Assembly (NCBI GenBank): GCA_964465315.1
Contig: CAYXIK010000010.1
Span: forward strand, 10,219 to 74,218
Reading direction: 5' to 3'
DNA: 64,000 nt
Source: an uncultured Gemmatimonadaceae bacterium
Lineage (GTDB): Bacteria > Gemmatimonadota > Gemmatimonadetes > Gemmatimonadales > GWC2-71-9
The notes below the pieces were generated by a model. The model was not told where the DNA came from, made no database searches, and saw nothing but the letters and a program-made list of their open reading frames with translations. Below, piece by piece: positions 18,010-27,546 of the stretch; positions within the stretch are counted from its first letter, which is position 1, and each line of letters opens with the position of its first letter. The translations under genes and the position numbers were made by a program.

Positions 18010-20292
18010 TCAGTCTCCCATGCGCCGGGGAAGTGCCGTGAAATATACCTGACGGAGCTGGTCGACAGGGTGCTCGATCGTCGTGTCGCGTAGGCGCACG
18101 CGGACGGCGGCGCCGCGCTCACCGACGCTCCCGACCCGCCGTGCGGGCACCCCGAGCTCCTGCGCGAGCGCAGCGACCACCACCGCGCGCTCGGGCGAGC
18201 ACGTCACCACCGCGCGGCCATGTGATTCGCTGAACAACAGCTCGGCGGCCGCAAGGCCCAAGCCGTAGGCCGTGAGATCCACTTCGAGACCGAACCCCGT
18301 CTCGTCGTACGGTCCACCCATCGCTATCTCGGCGAGAGCGACCCCGAGCCCGCCCTGCGAGCAATCGTGGGCGGAGCGGACCAGCCCGCGCTCCGCGGCT
18401 GCGATGAGGTAGTCCACTATTCGACGCTCGACGCCGAGGTCCACCCGGGGCGGCGCGCCACCCACGAAGCCGTACACCGCCTCCCATAGCTGCGACGCTC
18501 CGAGCTCGGCGCGCGTCTCGCCGAGCACGAACACGGCATCTCCCTTCACGCGCGCGTGACTCGGCACCGCGCGGTCGACCCGTGGCAGCAGCCCGATCAT
18601 GCCCACGACCGGTGTGGGGTCCACCGCGCCTGCTGGGCTTTCGTTGTAAAAGGAGACGTTGCCGCCGGTGACCGGCGTGCCGAGGGCGCGGCACGCCTCC
18701 GCGATGCCGCGGCAAGCCTCCCGGAACTGGTAGAACACCTCGGGGCGTTCCGGGCTCCCGAAGTTCAAGCAGTCGGTGACGCCGAGAGGGCGGGCGCCGG
18801 TGCACGCAATGTTGCGTGCGGCCTCCGCCACGGCGGCCTTGCCGCCCTCGTACGGGTCGAGCAGGACGTAGCGACTGTTGCAATCCACGGTCACCGCGAC
18901 GCCGAAGTCCTCGTCCCGCACCCGCAGCACGCCGGCGTCGCCCCCGGGACCGATGACCGTGCCCGCCTGAACGGTGGAGTCGTACTGCTCGTAGACCCAG
19001 CGCTTGGATGCGATCGGGGGATAGTCGAGGAGCGTGAGTAGTACGTCAGCCGGAGCGGGGAGTGGGGAAGGGGGAGAGGGACGCTGCGACCGCAGGCTCG
19101 CGAGTGCTGCGTCCTCATGCGCGTCCGGCTGATATGCCGGGCAATCGTCGATCAGGCGCTGGCCCGGGATTTCGACGACCAACTGGTCCCCCCACTTCGC
19201 CCGGTAGACGCCGTCGTTCGTTACGCGCCCGATGAGCGTCGCATCGAGCTCCCACTTCGCGGCAATGACTTTGACCTCGGCGACGCGTTCGGGCTTCGCC
19301 ACGACGAGCATCCGCTCCTGCGACTCCGACAACAGGATCTCGTAGGGGGTCATCCCCGGCTCTCGCGTGGGCACGAGCGACAGATCGATCTCCACGCCCA
19401 CGCCACCCCGCGCGGCCATCTCGGCGGACGAAGAGGTGAGTCCGGCGGCCCCCATGTCCTGGATGGCCACGATGTGACCCGACGCGATCATTGCGAGGCT
19501 GGCCTCGAGAAGCAGCTTCTCGGTGAACGGGTCGCCCACCTGCACCTGCGGGCGACGCTGCTCGCTTTCGTGCGTCAGCTCCTCCGAAGCGAAGGACGCG
19601 CCATGGATCCCGTCGCGACCGGTTCGCGAGCCGACCACGAGGAGCACGTTCCCCACACCGCGCGCGGCTGCCCTGATCAGATCTCTTTCTTTGAGCAGTC
19701 CGACGCACATCGCGTTGACGAGGGGGTTGCCGCCGTGGCTCGGCCCAAAGTCCACCTCGCCTCCGAGGGTCGGGACGCCGACACAGTTCCCGTAATCGCC
19801 CACACCTTTCACCACGCCCGCGAAGAGATAGCGGTTACGGGCTTGATCGAGCCCGCCGAATCGGAGGCTGTTGAGGAGCGCCACGGGACGCGCCCCCATG
19901 GTGAAAACGTCGCGCAGGATGCCGCCGACGCCCGTCGCCGCACCCTGATAGGGCTCGACCGCCGACGGGTGATTGTGGGACTCGATCTTGAACGCAACCG
20001 CCCAGCCCTCCGGAAGGCGCAGGACGCCGGCGTTCTCTCCCGGTCCCTGGACCACCTGAGGGCCCGTGGTGGGGAACGTCTTCAGCACGGGCCGCGAGTG
20101 CTTGTAGGAGCAGTGCTCGCTCCACAAGGCCGAGAACACCCCGAGCTCCGCGAAGGTCGGCGTGCGGCCCAGTAGCGCGATGATTCGCTGATATTCAGCG
20201 TCGTTGAGATTGTGCTCGTGGACCACCTGCGGCGTGATCGGGGGGTCGCCTGGGAACGGTGTAGGGCCGGGAAGGGAGGCGACCCGGCTCAC
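18010..20292 (-). CDS. purL: Phosphoribosylformylglycinamidine synthase subunit PurL
   Basis: ORF 18010..20487. GTG 20292 is chosen (GTGA overlap with the upstream stop 20289-20291). The sequence [19 protein letters not shown]...[12 protein letters not shown] is typical of PurL. Confidence 0.92.
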   Translation of the reverse strand: MSRVASLPGPTPFPGDPPITPQVVHEHNLNDAEYQRIIALLGRTPTFAELGVFSALWSEHCSYKHSRPVLKTFPTTGPQVVQGPGENAGVLRLPEGWAVAFKIESHNHPSAVEPYQGAATGVGGILRDVFTMGARPVALLNSLRFGGLDQARNRYLFAGVVKGVGDYGNCVGVPTLGGEVDFGPSHGGNPLVNAMCVGLLKERDLIRAAARGVGNVLLVVGSRTGRDGIHGASFASEELTHESEQRRPQVQVGDPFTEKLLLEASLAMIASGHIVAIQDMGAAGLTSSSAEMAARGGVGVEIDLSLVPTREPGMTPYEILLSESQERMLVVAKPERVAEVKVIAAKWELDATLIGRVTNDGVYRAKWGDQLVVEIPGQRLIDDCPAYQPDAHEDAALASLRSQRPSPPSPLPAPADVLLTLLDYPPIASKRWVYEQYDSTVQAGTVIGPGGDAGVLRVRDEDFGVAVTVDCNSRYVLLDPYEGGKAAVAEAARNIACTGARPLGVTDCLNFGSPERPEVFYQFREACRGIAEACRALGTPVTGGNVSFYNESPAGAVDPTPVVGMIGLLPRVDRAVPSHARVKGDAVFVLGETRAELGASQLWEAVYGFVGGAPPRVDLGVERRIVDYLIAAAERGLVRSAHDCSQGGLGVALAEIAMGGPYDETGFGLEVDLTAYGLGLAAAELLFSESHGRAVVTCSPERAVVVAALAQELGVPARRVGSVGERGAAVRVRLRDTTIEHPVDQLRQVYFTALPRRMGD

Positions 20293-20615
20293 GAGTCGGA
20301 CGCTCTCGCCCCGGAGACGCCCCGCAGGAGCGCGCGGAACACGCGCGCAATCACGTTCGGCTCGGCGTGCGCCATGAGGCTCTCGGCCTCTCCGGCGTCG
20401 AACCACAAGCCATGGCAGTGCGTGCACTGATCGATCTGAATGCCGTGCCACTCCCCGGTGATCAAATCGTAGCCGCACTTGGGGCATCTCATGTGGTGTG
20501 AACGGCGCTCAGCCTCCGCGGCGGCCTGCTGGGCGTGGGTGCGCTGCTGGCGCAGCAGCTCGGCATCCCGCTTCGCGAAGTACTCGTCCTCGTTTCTGCT
20601 CGGCTTGTCCGGCAT
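20289..20615 (-). CDS. Zinc-ribbon (zf-TFIIB-like) small protein
   Basis: CPKCGYDL...[13 protein letters not shown] gives two CxxC pairs. ATG 20615 ([13 protein letters not shown]) is preferred over TTG 20624. Confidence 0.7.
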   Translation of the reverse strand: MPDKPSRNEDEYFAKRDAELLRQQRTHAQQAAAEAERRSHHMRCPKCGYDLITGEWHGIQIDQCTHCHGLWFDAGEAESLMAHAEPNVIARVFRALLRGVSGARASDS

Positions 20616-20620
20616 CGGCC

Positions 20621-21208
20621 TCAAGGAGTCGAAGGTGACTTGACCGTGAGCGTGTCACCGCCGGGGCGCGCCGGCCCGTGCGGCGGCGTGGCCACGGGCG
20701 ACGACGATTGCCCGCTGTAGCGGTGACCGGGCCAACGGAGCACGGCATCCACCACCTGCCCGTTCTGCAAGAACACCACGTCGGCCGTGCCGCAGGTGTA
20801 CTCGCATCCGTTCTGGAAATAAATGAACGTCATGTCCCCTTGCCGGCGCACCGCCATGGGGGGCCCCCACAAGGAGTACACGTCCTTCTCGTGCATCCCC
20901 GGATCGATCGTGCCCGTGTCGGGCGAATCGAAAGGGACATCGCGTGAAACGCGCTGAAGCTCCGGCGCCTGCGCGTGGGGCGGGGGGGCCGGCTTCTGCG
21001 CACCCCCCCCCGGCTTGCCGACTTCCGGAGCCTTTGCAACGGGCTGGGATGTGGCCGGCGCCGGCTGCGGCGCCGGTTGAGGCGGCTTGTTCCTGTTGCG
21101 CGCCGCCTCGATCTTCGCCTTGATCTTCGCCCACTGCTCGTTCACCTGCTTACACCCTAAGGTGGCGATCGTCAACAGCGCGCACATCCACAGCGTGCTG
21201 CGTCGCAT
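20621..21208 (-). CDS. Lipoprotein with Pro/Ala-rich linker, function unknown
   Basis: ORF 20621..21316, trimmed to MRRSTLWMCALLTIATLGC (lipobox LGC). The low-complexity segment PPQPAPQPAPATSQP...KPGGGAQKPAPPP is followed by a globular C-domain. Confidence 0.65.
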   Translation of the reverse strand: MRRSTLWMCALLTIATLGCKQVNEQWAKIKAKIEAARNRNKPPQPAPQPAPATSQPVAKAPEVGKPGGGAQKPAPPPHAQAPELQRVSRDVPFDSPDTGTIDPGMHEKDVYSLWGPPMAVRRQGDMTFIYFQNGCEYTCGTADVVFLQNGQVVDAVLRWPGHRYSGQSSSPVATPPHGPARPGGDTLTVKSPSTP

Positions 21209-21866
21209 GTCGAGCCTCCATCGAGTGAAAGACACGGGCTCCACCGTCGCCGCCCAAAGCCGGAGCGGTGCGGCGCTCCGGATGCGGCATGATTCCCACC
21301 ACGTTGTGACCGGCATTCGTCACACCGGCGATGTCGTTCGTCGAGCCGTTGGGGTTGTCGCGCACGTACCGCCACACGATGCGATCGGTCGCCTCGAGCT
21401 CGGCTGCGGTGCGCGGATCGACCACGTAGCGCCCGTCGCCATGCGCGATCGGGACCTCCAGGACCTCGCGCTTCTCGTACAGACACGTAAACGGCGTGTC
21501 GATCTGGTCGACCCGTACCCACGTCGGCCGCGACAGAAAGCGCAGCCGCGCGTTGCGCATCAGGCCGCCGGGAAGTAGTCCGGCCTCGCACAAGATCTGG
21601 AAGCCGTTGCAGATCCCGAGGACGGGGCCTCCGGCGCGCGCGTGCGCCGTCACCGCCGCCATCACGCTCGAGAACCGGGCGATCGCCCCCGATCGGAGGT
21701 AGTCGCCGTAGCTGAAGCCGCCGGGGAGGATCACGACGTCGGCCTGACGGAGGTCGGTGTCGCGATGCCACACGAAGTAGGCATCCGAACCAGCCGCGCG
21801 CGCCGCCGCGAGGGTCTCCGCGTCGCAGTTCGAGCCGGGAAAGACAATCACCGCTACGCGCTTCAT
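21150..21866 (-). CDS. purQ: Phosphoribosylformylglycinamidine synthase, glutamine amidotransferase subunit PurQ
   Basis: ORF trimmed to MKRVAVIVFPGSNCD (ATG 21866, ATGA overlap with the purS stop). Catalytic GICNGFQ and MPHPER motifs are present. Confidence 0.92.
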   Translation of the reverse strand: MKRVAVIVFPGSNCDAETLAAARAAGSDAYFVWHRDTDLRQADVVILPGGFSYGDYLRSGAIARFSSVMAAVTAHARAGGPVLGICNGFQILCEAGLLPGGLMRNARLRFLSRPTWVRVDQIDTPFTCLYEKREVLEVPIAHGDGRYVVDPRTAAELEATDRIVWRYVRDNPNGSTNDIAGVTNAGHNVVGIMPHPERRTAPALGGDGGARVFHSMEARHATQHAVDVRAVDDRHLRV

Positions 21867-22126
21867 CGGGGCGCGTCTCCGTCCACCACGAGGTCGTAGT
21901 CCTCGGTCACGGGATTGGCGAGCAGCCGGTCGCACATGGCGCGTGCGCGGGCGAGCGCTTCATCCCGCGAGGTCGCGTTCACATCGAGCACGAGGTGCTT
22001 ACCCATCCGCACGCGGGCCACGTCGCCGAACCCGAGCGCGTGGAGGGCGTGTTCCACCGCCTGGCCTTGCGGGTCGAGCAGCGCCGCCCGCGGCATCACC
22101 CGAACCTCGACCCGAAAGGCGTTCAT
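21863..22126 (-). CDS. purS: Phosphoribosylformylglycinamidine synthase subunit PurS
   Basis: This is the last 87 aa of track ORF 21863..23071 (MNAFRVEVRVMPRAALLDPQGQAVEHALHALGF...). There is an ATGA overlap at both ends. Confidence 0.85.
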   Translation of the reverse strand: MNAFRVEVRVMPRAALLDPQGQAVEHALHALGFGDVARVRMGKHLVLDVNATSRDEALARARAMCDRLLANPVTEDYDLVVDGDAPR

Positions 22127-22977
22127 CCCTGGCCGCTCCGCGGCGTGATTCCGCGCGTCGGTTGACCGTAGGCCTCCCCACCAGTCTCCCCGCCGTCGCG
22201 AATGACGATGGGCCCCGCGATCTCCGCCTCCGGGTCCTCCGCCTCGGCGAAGAAGCCCAGGAGCGTCGCCCGCAGGATGCCGTACGCCATATACGCGACC
22301 CCCAGCGGGAAGAAGAACGCATCGTGCTCGGCAAGGCCGAAGATGAGGATAAACAGAATGGTCGCGAGCCCCAAGAGGCCCTTCACGCTCCGGAAGCCGG
22401 CCCGCGGGAGCGTGGCGTACCGCACGTTGCTGACCATGAGAATCGTGAGGAGAATCATCAGGAACTGCATCAGGTGGTGGCGCGGGAGGAAGCGGAACAC
22501 CTGCTGATACAGGTCCGTCGTCGTGAAGGGGTAGAATGTCGCGAGCGTCATCCCGGCGGCGGGCGACGGCAGGCCGATGAAGTACTGCTTCGCGCGCCCT
22601 GCCTGTGTGACGTTGAAGCGGGCCAGTCGAATCGCGGCCGCCATCACGTAGAAGTAGCAGAAGATCCACTCCGCCTGCCCCCCGCTCGCGAACTCGAGCT
22701 GATAGATGAGGAAAGCGGGGGCCACTCCGAAGCTCACGACGTCCACCAGGCTGTCGAGCTCGGCGCCGAAGCGGGTACCGGTCTTCGACAGGCGCGCCAC
22801 GCGGCCGTCCAGGGCGTCGAGGATACCCGCGAAGAAAATGTACCAGCCCGCCCGGTAGAACTCGCCGCGCGACGCCAACACCATTGCCCAGATGCCGAAG
22901 AACAGATTGAACAGCGTGAACAGGCTCGGCACCACGACCACCACGCGGCGAATGCCGGGACTCGGGAAGGGCCTCAC
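22123..22977 (-). CDS. pssA: CDP-diacylglycerol--serine O-phosphatidyltransferase
   Basis: CDP-alcohol phosphatidyltransferase motif DALDGRVARLSKTGTRFGAELDSLVDVV. GTG 22977 gives a GTGA overlap with the psd stop. Confidence 0.85.
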   Translation of the reverse strand: MRPFPSPGIRRVVVVVPSLFTLFNLFFGIWAMVLASRGEFYRAGWYIFFAGILDALDGRVARLSKTGTRFGAELDSLVDVVSFGVAPAFLIYQLEFASGGQAEWIFCYFYVMAAAIRLARFNVTQAGRAKQYFIGLPSPAAGMTLATFYPFTTTDLYQQVFRFLPRHHLMQFLMILLTILMVSNVRYATLPRAGFRSVKGLLGLATILFILIFGLAEHDAFFFPLGVAYMAYGILRATLLGFFAEAEDPEAEIAGPIVIRDGGETGGEAYGQPTRGITPRSGQG

Positions 22978-23627
22978 GCAGCGTACTCCGCGAGTACCGT
23001 GGCGCCGGCCTGCACCCGGTCGCCCACCGTGACCCGGACGGTCGCACGGGCGGCGGACGGTAGAAAAACATCTACCCGCGAGCCGAAACGAATCATCCCC
23101 ATCCTCTGGCCCTGCATCACTCGGTCCCCGGGCTTCGCGTCGGTTACGATCCGTCGCGCGATGAGACCGGCGATCTGGCGCACCAGCACCGGCCCCCGGG
23201 CACCGCGCACGCCCACCGAGCATTGCTCGTTGTCGAGGCTCGCCTTGTCCGACGCCGCATGCAGGAACCGTCCCGGGTTATAGCGCACGAGCTCGTTCGT
23301 GCCCGTCACGGGATATCGGTTCACGTGCACGTCGAACACGCTCATGAAGATCGAGATGCGCGTGGTCGGGGTCCTCACGTACATCGGTTCATCCGCCTCC
23401 CGGATGTCCACGATCTTGCCGTCGGCCGGAGCGATCACGTACTGGTCACCGCGCGGGCCGATCCGCGCCGGATCGCGGAAGAACACGAGCAGCCACACCG
23501 CGATCAGGGTCATGGGGAACAGGGCCGCCCAGGTCCACGGGCCCCACGCTCTCAGGCCCCAGACGCCGAGGGCGACGAGGGCCCATGCAGGGATGATGAA
23601 GGGCCAGCCTTCGGGCGCGATACGCAT
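22974..23627 (-). CDS. psd: Phosphatidylserine decarboxylase proenzyme (short form)
   Basis: ORF trimmed to [10 protein letters not shown] (ATG 23627, 1-nt TGATG overlap with the purC stop). A self-cleavage motif FGSRVD lies near the C-terminus. Confidence 0.85.
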   Translation of the reverse strand: MRIAPEGWPFIIPAWALVALGVWGLRAWGPWTWAALFPMTLIAVWLLVFFRDPARIGPRGDQYVIAPADGKIVDIREADEPMYVRTPTTRISIFMSVFDVHVNRYPVTGTNELVRYNPGRFLHAASDKASLDNEQCSVGVRGARGPVLVRQIAGLIARRIVTDAKPGDRVMQGQRMGMIRFGSRVDVFLPSAARATVRVTVGDRVQAGATVLAEYAA

Positions 23628-24547
23628 CACGCGGTGGCAAGCGGCTTGCCTGTGATGCGACGGTACGCTTCGAGGTACCGTTCGCTCGTGGCCTGCACCA
23701 CCTGGGACGGCAGCGGGGGCGGCGGCGCGTCGCCATCCCACTTGCCCTCCTGCTTGAGACCGGCGAGGTAGTCGCGCAACGGTTGCTTGTCGAAACTGGG
23801 TTGGCTCCGGCCCGGCGCATAGCGGTCTGCGGGCCAGAACCGCGAGGAGTCGGGGGTCAGGATCTCGTCGATGACGATCAGCCTGCCGTCGGGTGTGGTG
23901 CCGAACTCGAACTTGGTGTCGGCGATGATGATGCCGCGCGGCGCCGCGTAGGCCCGCCCCCCCTCGTAAAGGCCGAGACTCGCCCGCTCGAGCTGCTCGG
24001 CGAGCGCGTGCCCCAGGGCCTCCGCCACGCGGCCGAACGTGACGTTCTCGTCGTGCCCGACGTCGGCCTTCGTGGCCGGCGAAAAGATCGGTGGATCGAG
24101 TCGCGCGCTTTCGACCAGGCCCGCGCGGAGCGGCTCACCCGCCAGCATGCCCGATCGCCGGTATTCGGCCCACGCAGAGCCGGTGATATACCCTCGCACC
24201 ACGCACTCGAACGGCACGGGCGTCGTGCGCCGCACCAGCATCGCCCGACCGGTCAAGGTCGGGCGGAACGGCTCGAGGGCGGGCAGGCGAGCCACGATTT
24301 CGTCGGCGTCCGCCGAGAGGAAATGGCTCGAAATCACCGACGCGAGCCGCTCGAACCAGAACGCGCTGATCTGCGTGAGCACCGCGCCCTTGTGGGGGAC
24401 GGGCTCGCGCAGCACGACGTCGAACGCGCTCACGCGATCGCTCGCCACGAGCAGGAGCGTGTGCGCATCGACCTCGTACACTTCCCGCACCTTTCCCCGC
24501 CGCAGGAGGGGCAAGGGTAAAGCGCTTGCGACCATTGCCGACGTCAT
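23627..24547 (-). CDS. purC: Phosphoribosylaminoimidazole-succinocarboxamide (SAICAR) synthase
   Basis: 306 aa. [13 protein letters not shown]...[13 protein letters not shown]...[11 protein letters not shown] are typical SAICAR synthase blocks. Confidence 0.92.
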   Translation of the reverse strand: MTSAMVASALPLPLLRRGKVREVYEVDAHTLLLVASDRVSAFDVVLREPVPHKGAVLTQISAFWFERLASVISSHFLSADADEIVARLPALEPFRPTLTGRAMLVRRTTPVPFECVVRGYITGSAWAEYRRSGMLAGEPLRAGLVESARLDPPIFSPATKADVGHDENVTFGRVAEALGHALAEQLERASLGLYEGGRAYAAPRGIIIADTKFEFGTTPDGRLIVIDEILTPDSSRFWPADRYAPGRSQPSFDKQPLRDYLAGLKQEGKWDGDAPPPPLPSQVVQATSERYLEAYRRITGKPLATA

Positions 24548-25977
24548 ACGGTCACCTCAGCCGAGGTTGCGGTCGGCGCCGCGGTTTCGATCCGCCGGAG
24601 GACGGCCGGCAGGACCTGCTCGAGAAATTCGTCGACCTGCCGTGCCGCCCGGCCAGTGTAGGCCGTGGCATCGAGCTCGTCGGGGCGAATACCGACCTTG
24701 AGAGACTTGAAGGCCGGGTCGCGGGCCAGCCGCTCGAGCACGTCGTTCGGCGCCCCATGTTCCGCCACCGCCTGCGCGACAGTGAGACTGTGTGTGCGGA
24801 TCACCTCGTGCAAGCGCTGCCGATCGCCACCCGCCTTCACACCCCGCACCAGCAGCCGCTCCGTCGCGAGCAACGGGAGCTGTTCGGCGACGTGACGCGC
24901 GATCACTGTCTCCCGCACCTCCAGGCCAGCCGCCACGTTCGTGGCCAGGACGAGGATCGCATCGGTCGCGAGAAACGCCTCCGGCAACACCAGACGCCGG
25001 TTCGCGCTGTCGTCGAGCGTCCGCTCGAGCCACTGCTCCGCGGCCGTGTGCCAGGCGTTGCCCTCGAGCTCGATGGTGAAGCGCGCCAGACTCGTCATAC
25101 GCTCGGCCCGCATCGGATTGCGCTTGTACGCCATGGCGGACGAGCCGACCTGGTCGCCCTCGAACGGCTCGAGCATCTCGCCTTCGTGCTGCAGGAGGCG
25201 CAGGTCGGTCGCGAACTTCGCGGCGGATTGCGCCACGCCCGCCAGCACCGCGAGCACCTGCGCGTCGAGCTTCCGCGGATACGTCTGACCGGTGACCGGA
25301 AACACCCGGGCAAAGCCCATCTTCCGCGCGACTCGGCCATCGAGCTCGCGGACCTTCTCGTCGTCGCCGTCGAACAGCTCGAGGAAGCTCGCCTGCGTAC
25401 CCGTGGTGCCCTTCACGCCCCGGAACTGCAGCGTCTCCAGCCGATGCAGCAGCTCCTCCGCGTCGAGCAGGAACTCCTGCATCCACAGGGTGACGCGTTT
25501 GCCTACGGTCGTGAGCTGCGCCGGCTGGAAGTGGGTGTAGGCGAGGCACGGCAGGTCGCGGTAGCGACGGGCGAGCTTGGAGAGCGCCACCAGCACCGCG
25601 GCGACCCGCCCCAGCAGGAGCTCCAGCCCCTCGCGCATCAGCAGCAGGTCGGCGTTGTCGGTGACGTACGCGCTCGTGGCCCCGAGATGAATGAAGGCAC
25701 GTGCCGCCGGCGCCTGCTCGCCGAGGTGATGGATGTGCGCCATGACATCGTGTCGCAACCGCTTCTCGTGCTCGACCGCCCGCTCGAGATCCGCATCGTC
25801 CAGATGTGCGCGGAGCTCCGCGAGGGCGCGCTCCGGGACGTCGAGGCCCAGCTCTCGCTGCGCTTCCATCAGGGCCAGCCATAGCCGGCGCCACAGGCCG
25901 ATGCGTCGGCGCTCCCCCCAGAGCCCCTGCATCGCGGGGGAGGCGTAGCGCCGGGACAAGGGCGAGCTGTACGTCAA
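24544..25977 (-). CDS. purB: Adenylosuccinate lyase
   Basis: The track ORF extends to 26889, but TTG 25977 (TTGA overlap with the tal stop) gives [20 protein letters not shown]. The fumarate-lyase signature [11 protein letters not shown] is present. Confidence 0.9.
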   Translation of the reverse strand: MTYSSPLSRRYASPAMQGLWGERRRIGLWRRLWLALMEAQRELGLDVPERALAELRAHLDDADLERAVEHEKRLRHDVMAHIHHLGEQAPAARAFIHLGATSAYVTDNADLLLMREGLELLLGRVAAVLVALSKLARRYRDLPCLAYTHFQPAQLTTVGKRVTLWMQEFLLDAEELLHRLETLQFRGVKGTTGTQASFLELFDGDDEKVRELDGRVARKMGFARVFPVTGQTYPRKLDAQVLAVLAGVAQSAAKFATDLRLLQHEGEMLEPFEGDQVGSSAMAYKRNPMRAERMTSLARFTIELEGNAWHTAAEQWLERTLDDSANRRLVLPEAFLATDAILVLATNVAAGLEVRETVIARHVAEQLPLLATERLLVRGVKAGGDRQRLHEVIRTHSLTVAQAVAEHGAPNDVLERLARDPAFKSLKVGIRPDELDATAYTGRAARQVDEFLEQVLPAVLRRIETAAPTATSAEVTV

Positions 25978-26642
25978 ACCGCAGCCTTCGCGCGCGCCGC
26001 CACCTTGCTCCAGTCCGCGAGGAACTGCTCGAGCCCGCGGTCGGTGAGCGGGTGCTGCAAGAGCTTCTTCAGGACGTCCGGTGGAAGCGTGGCGACGTCG
26101 GCGCCGATCATCGCCGCTTCCACGACGTGGCGCGGGTGCCGGATCGATGCAGCCAGGATCTCCGTGGCGAGCTGGTAATTGTCGAAGATCACCCGGGCCT
26201 CGCGGATTACGTCCATCCCCTCCTGCCCGACGTCGTCGAGCCGGCCGATGAACGGACTCACGTAGGCCGCCCCGGCCTTGGCCGCGATCAAGCACTGCAC
26301 GCTCGAAAAGCAGAGCGTGACGTTCGTCTTGATGCCGTCCTCGGCGAGGCGTCGCACCGCTACCATGCCCGCTTCGAGCATCGGGATTTTCACGACGACA
26401 TTGTCCGCGATCTTGGCGAGCTCTTTGCCTTCGCGCACCATGCCGTCCGCATCGATCGCCACGACCTCGGCCGATACCGGGCCCTCCACGAGAGAACAGA
26501 TCTCCTTGAGCACATCGCGAGGATCGAGGTCGCCCGCCTGCTTGGCCAGGAGCGAGGGGTTGGTCGTAATGCCGTCGATCAGGCCCGCCTGGGCGGCCCA
26601 GCTGATGTCCTTCAGGCTCGCGGTATCGAGGAAGAACTTCAT
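25974..26642 (-). CDS. tal: Transaldolase / fructose-6-phosphate aldolase (short type 3B)
   Basis: 222 aa. MKFFLDTASLKDI...GITTNPSL...VVKIP (Schiff-base Lys). Confidence 0.92.
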   Translation of the reverse strand: MKFFLDTASLKDISWAAQAGLIDGITTNPSLLAKQAGDLDPRDVLKEICSLVEGPVSAEVVAIDADGMVREGKELAKIADNVVVKIPMLEAGMVAVRRLAEDGIKTNVTLCFSSVQCLIAAKAGAAYVSPFIGRLDDVGQEGMDVIREARVIFDNYQLATEILAASIRHPRHVVEAAMIGADVATLPPDVLKKLLQHPLTDRGLEQFLADWSKVAARAKAAV

Positions 26643-26645
26643 GGC

Positions 26646-27431
26646 TCAGTCCTCGGCATAGAGGTCCGGGGGATAGCGCACGGCCACGAGATACAGACCT
26701 TGCGGCGGAGCGGGCGGACTGGCCGCCTGGTTGTCGGTCGCGGCGAGGAGGCGGGAAAAATCCTCGAGGGGGCGCCTGGCGAGCGCGATGTCCACCATGG
26801 CGCCCACCAGGAAGCGCACCATCCGATGCAGGAAGCGATCGGCCTCGATCGTGAACGTCACCCCCACTCCGTCGGTCCGCGGCGCCCACTCGGCAAGCGC
26901 CACCCGGCTGCGATAATGGGGTCGACCCGAGCCAGCGCCCGTCGCGGCGAGCCCGCGGAAGTCATGCTCGCCAGGGAGCACGCCGGCGGCACGAGCGAGC
27001 ACCGTCAAATCGAGCGGGCGACCCAGCGCCCACTCGTACGGCCGCCGGAACGGCGAATGCGCCGCATCGTCGGTGCCGATCAGGTACCGGTAGCGACGCG
27101 CCTCCGCGCTTCGGCGCGCGTCGAACCGCGGCTGCATGGGGTGCGCGCGCTCCACCCAAATGTCGCGCGGGAGCAGCGCATTGAGCGCGCGTCGCAACCC
27201 CTCAGGGTCAGCAGCCCAGCGGTCCTCGGCGGCGAACCCCACGCCCTGGCCGAGCGCGTGCACCCCCGTGTCCGTGCGCCCCGCTCCCGTGGCCGCCGTG
27301 GGCCGGCCCATGAGCCGCGCCAACGCGGCCTCGAACTCCGCCTGCACCGTGCGCGCATTCGGCTGCCGCTGCCAGCCCGCGAACTGCGCCCCGTCGTATT
27401 GCACCACGGCGAGGTAGGGCCGGCTCGTCAC
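26646..27431 (-). CDS. truA: tRNA pseudouridine(38-40) synthase
   Basis: 261 aa with a GTG start. YDGAQFAGWQRQPN...GAGRTDTGVHALGQ contains the catalytic Asp. Confidence 0.9.
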   Translation of the reverse strand: MTSRPYLAVVQYDGAQFAGWQRQPNARTVQAEFEAALARLMGRPTAATGAGRTDTGVHALGQGVGFAAEDRWAADPEGLRRALNALLPRDIWVERAHPMQPRFDARRSAEARRYRYLIGTDDAAHSPFRRPYEWALGRPLDLTVLARAAGVLPGEHDFRGLAATGAGSGRPHYRSRVALAEWAPRTDGVGVTFTIEADRFLHRMVRFLVGAMVDIALARRPLEDFSRLLAATDNQAASPPAPPQGLYLVAVRYPPDLYAED

Positions 27432-27489
27432 GGGCGAAAGATAGGGTCACAGGGGGGGGTCAATCAAGCCACGCAACCCGTTGTGGCAT

Positions 27490-27519
27490 TTGACAAAAGG
27501 CGATTTTCCACGGTACGTT
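27490..27519 (+). promoter_or_regulatory. Putative sigma70-type promoter for trpD
   Basis: TTGACA (27490-27495), an 18-nt spacer, then TACGTT (27514-27519). It lies inside the longest ORF version (TTG 27481), which favours the GTG 27547 start. Confidence 0.3.
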
Positions 27520-27546
27520 TGGCAGGCCCTGAAACCCCCTAGCCCA

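Noticed and set aside
21863-23283. Track ORF 21863..23071 (402 aa) suggesting a large PurS fusion, and plus-strand ORF 21943..23283 (446 aa)
   Set aside because: Only the last 87 aa of the first ORF are PurS-like; the upstream part is an off-frame read-through of pssA. pssA occupies 22123..22977 in another frame and carries the CDP-alcohol transferase motif. The plus-strand ORF is an antisense shadow.
24526-27542. Long plus-strand ORFs 24526..25884 (452 aa) and 25806..27542 (578 aa)
   Set aside because: They are antisense to purB, tal and truA, which all have strong family signatures. These are shadow ORFs caused by stop-codon paucity in GC-rich DNA.
27432-27546. trp leader peptide/attenuator or T-box upstream of trpD
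   Set aside because: No short ORF with tandem Trp codons and no alternative terminator/antiterminator hairpins followed by a T-run could be found in the 115-nt spacer.
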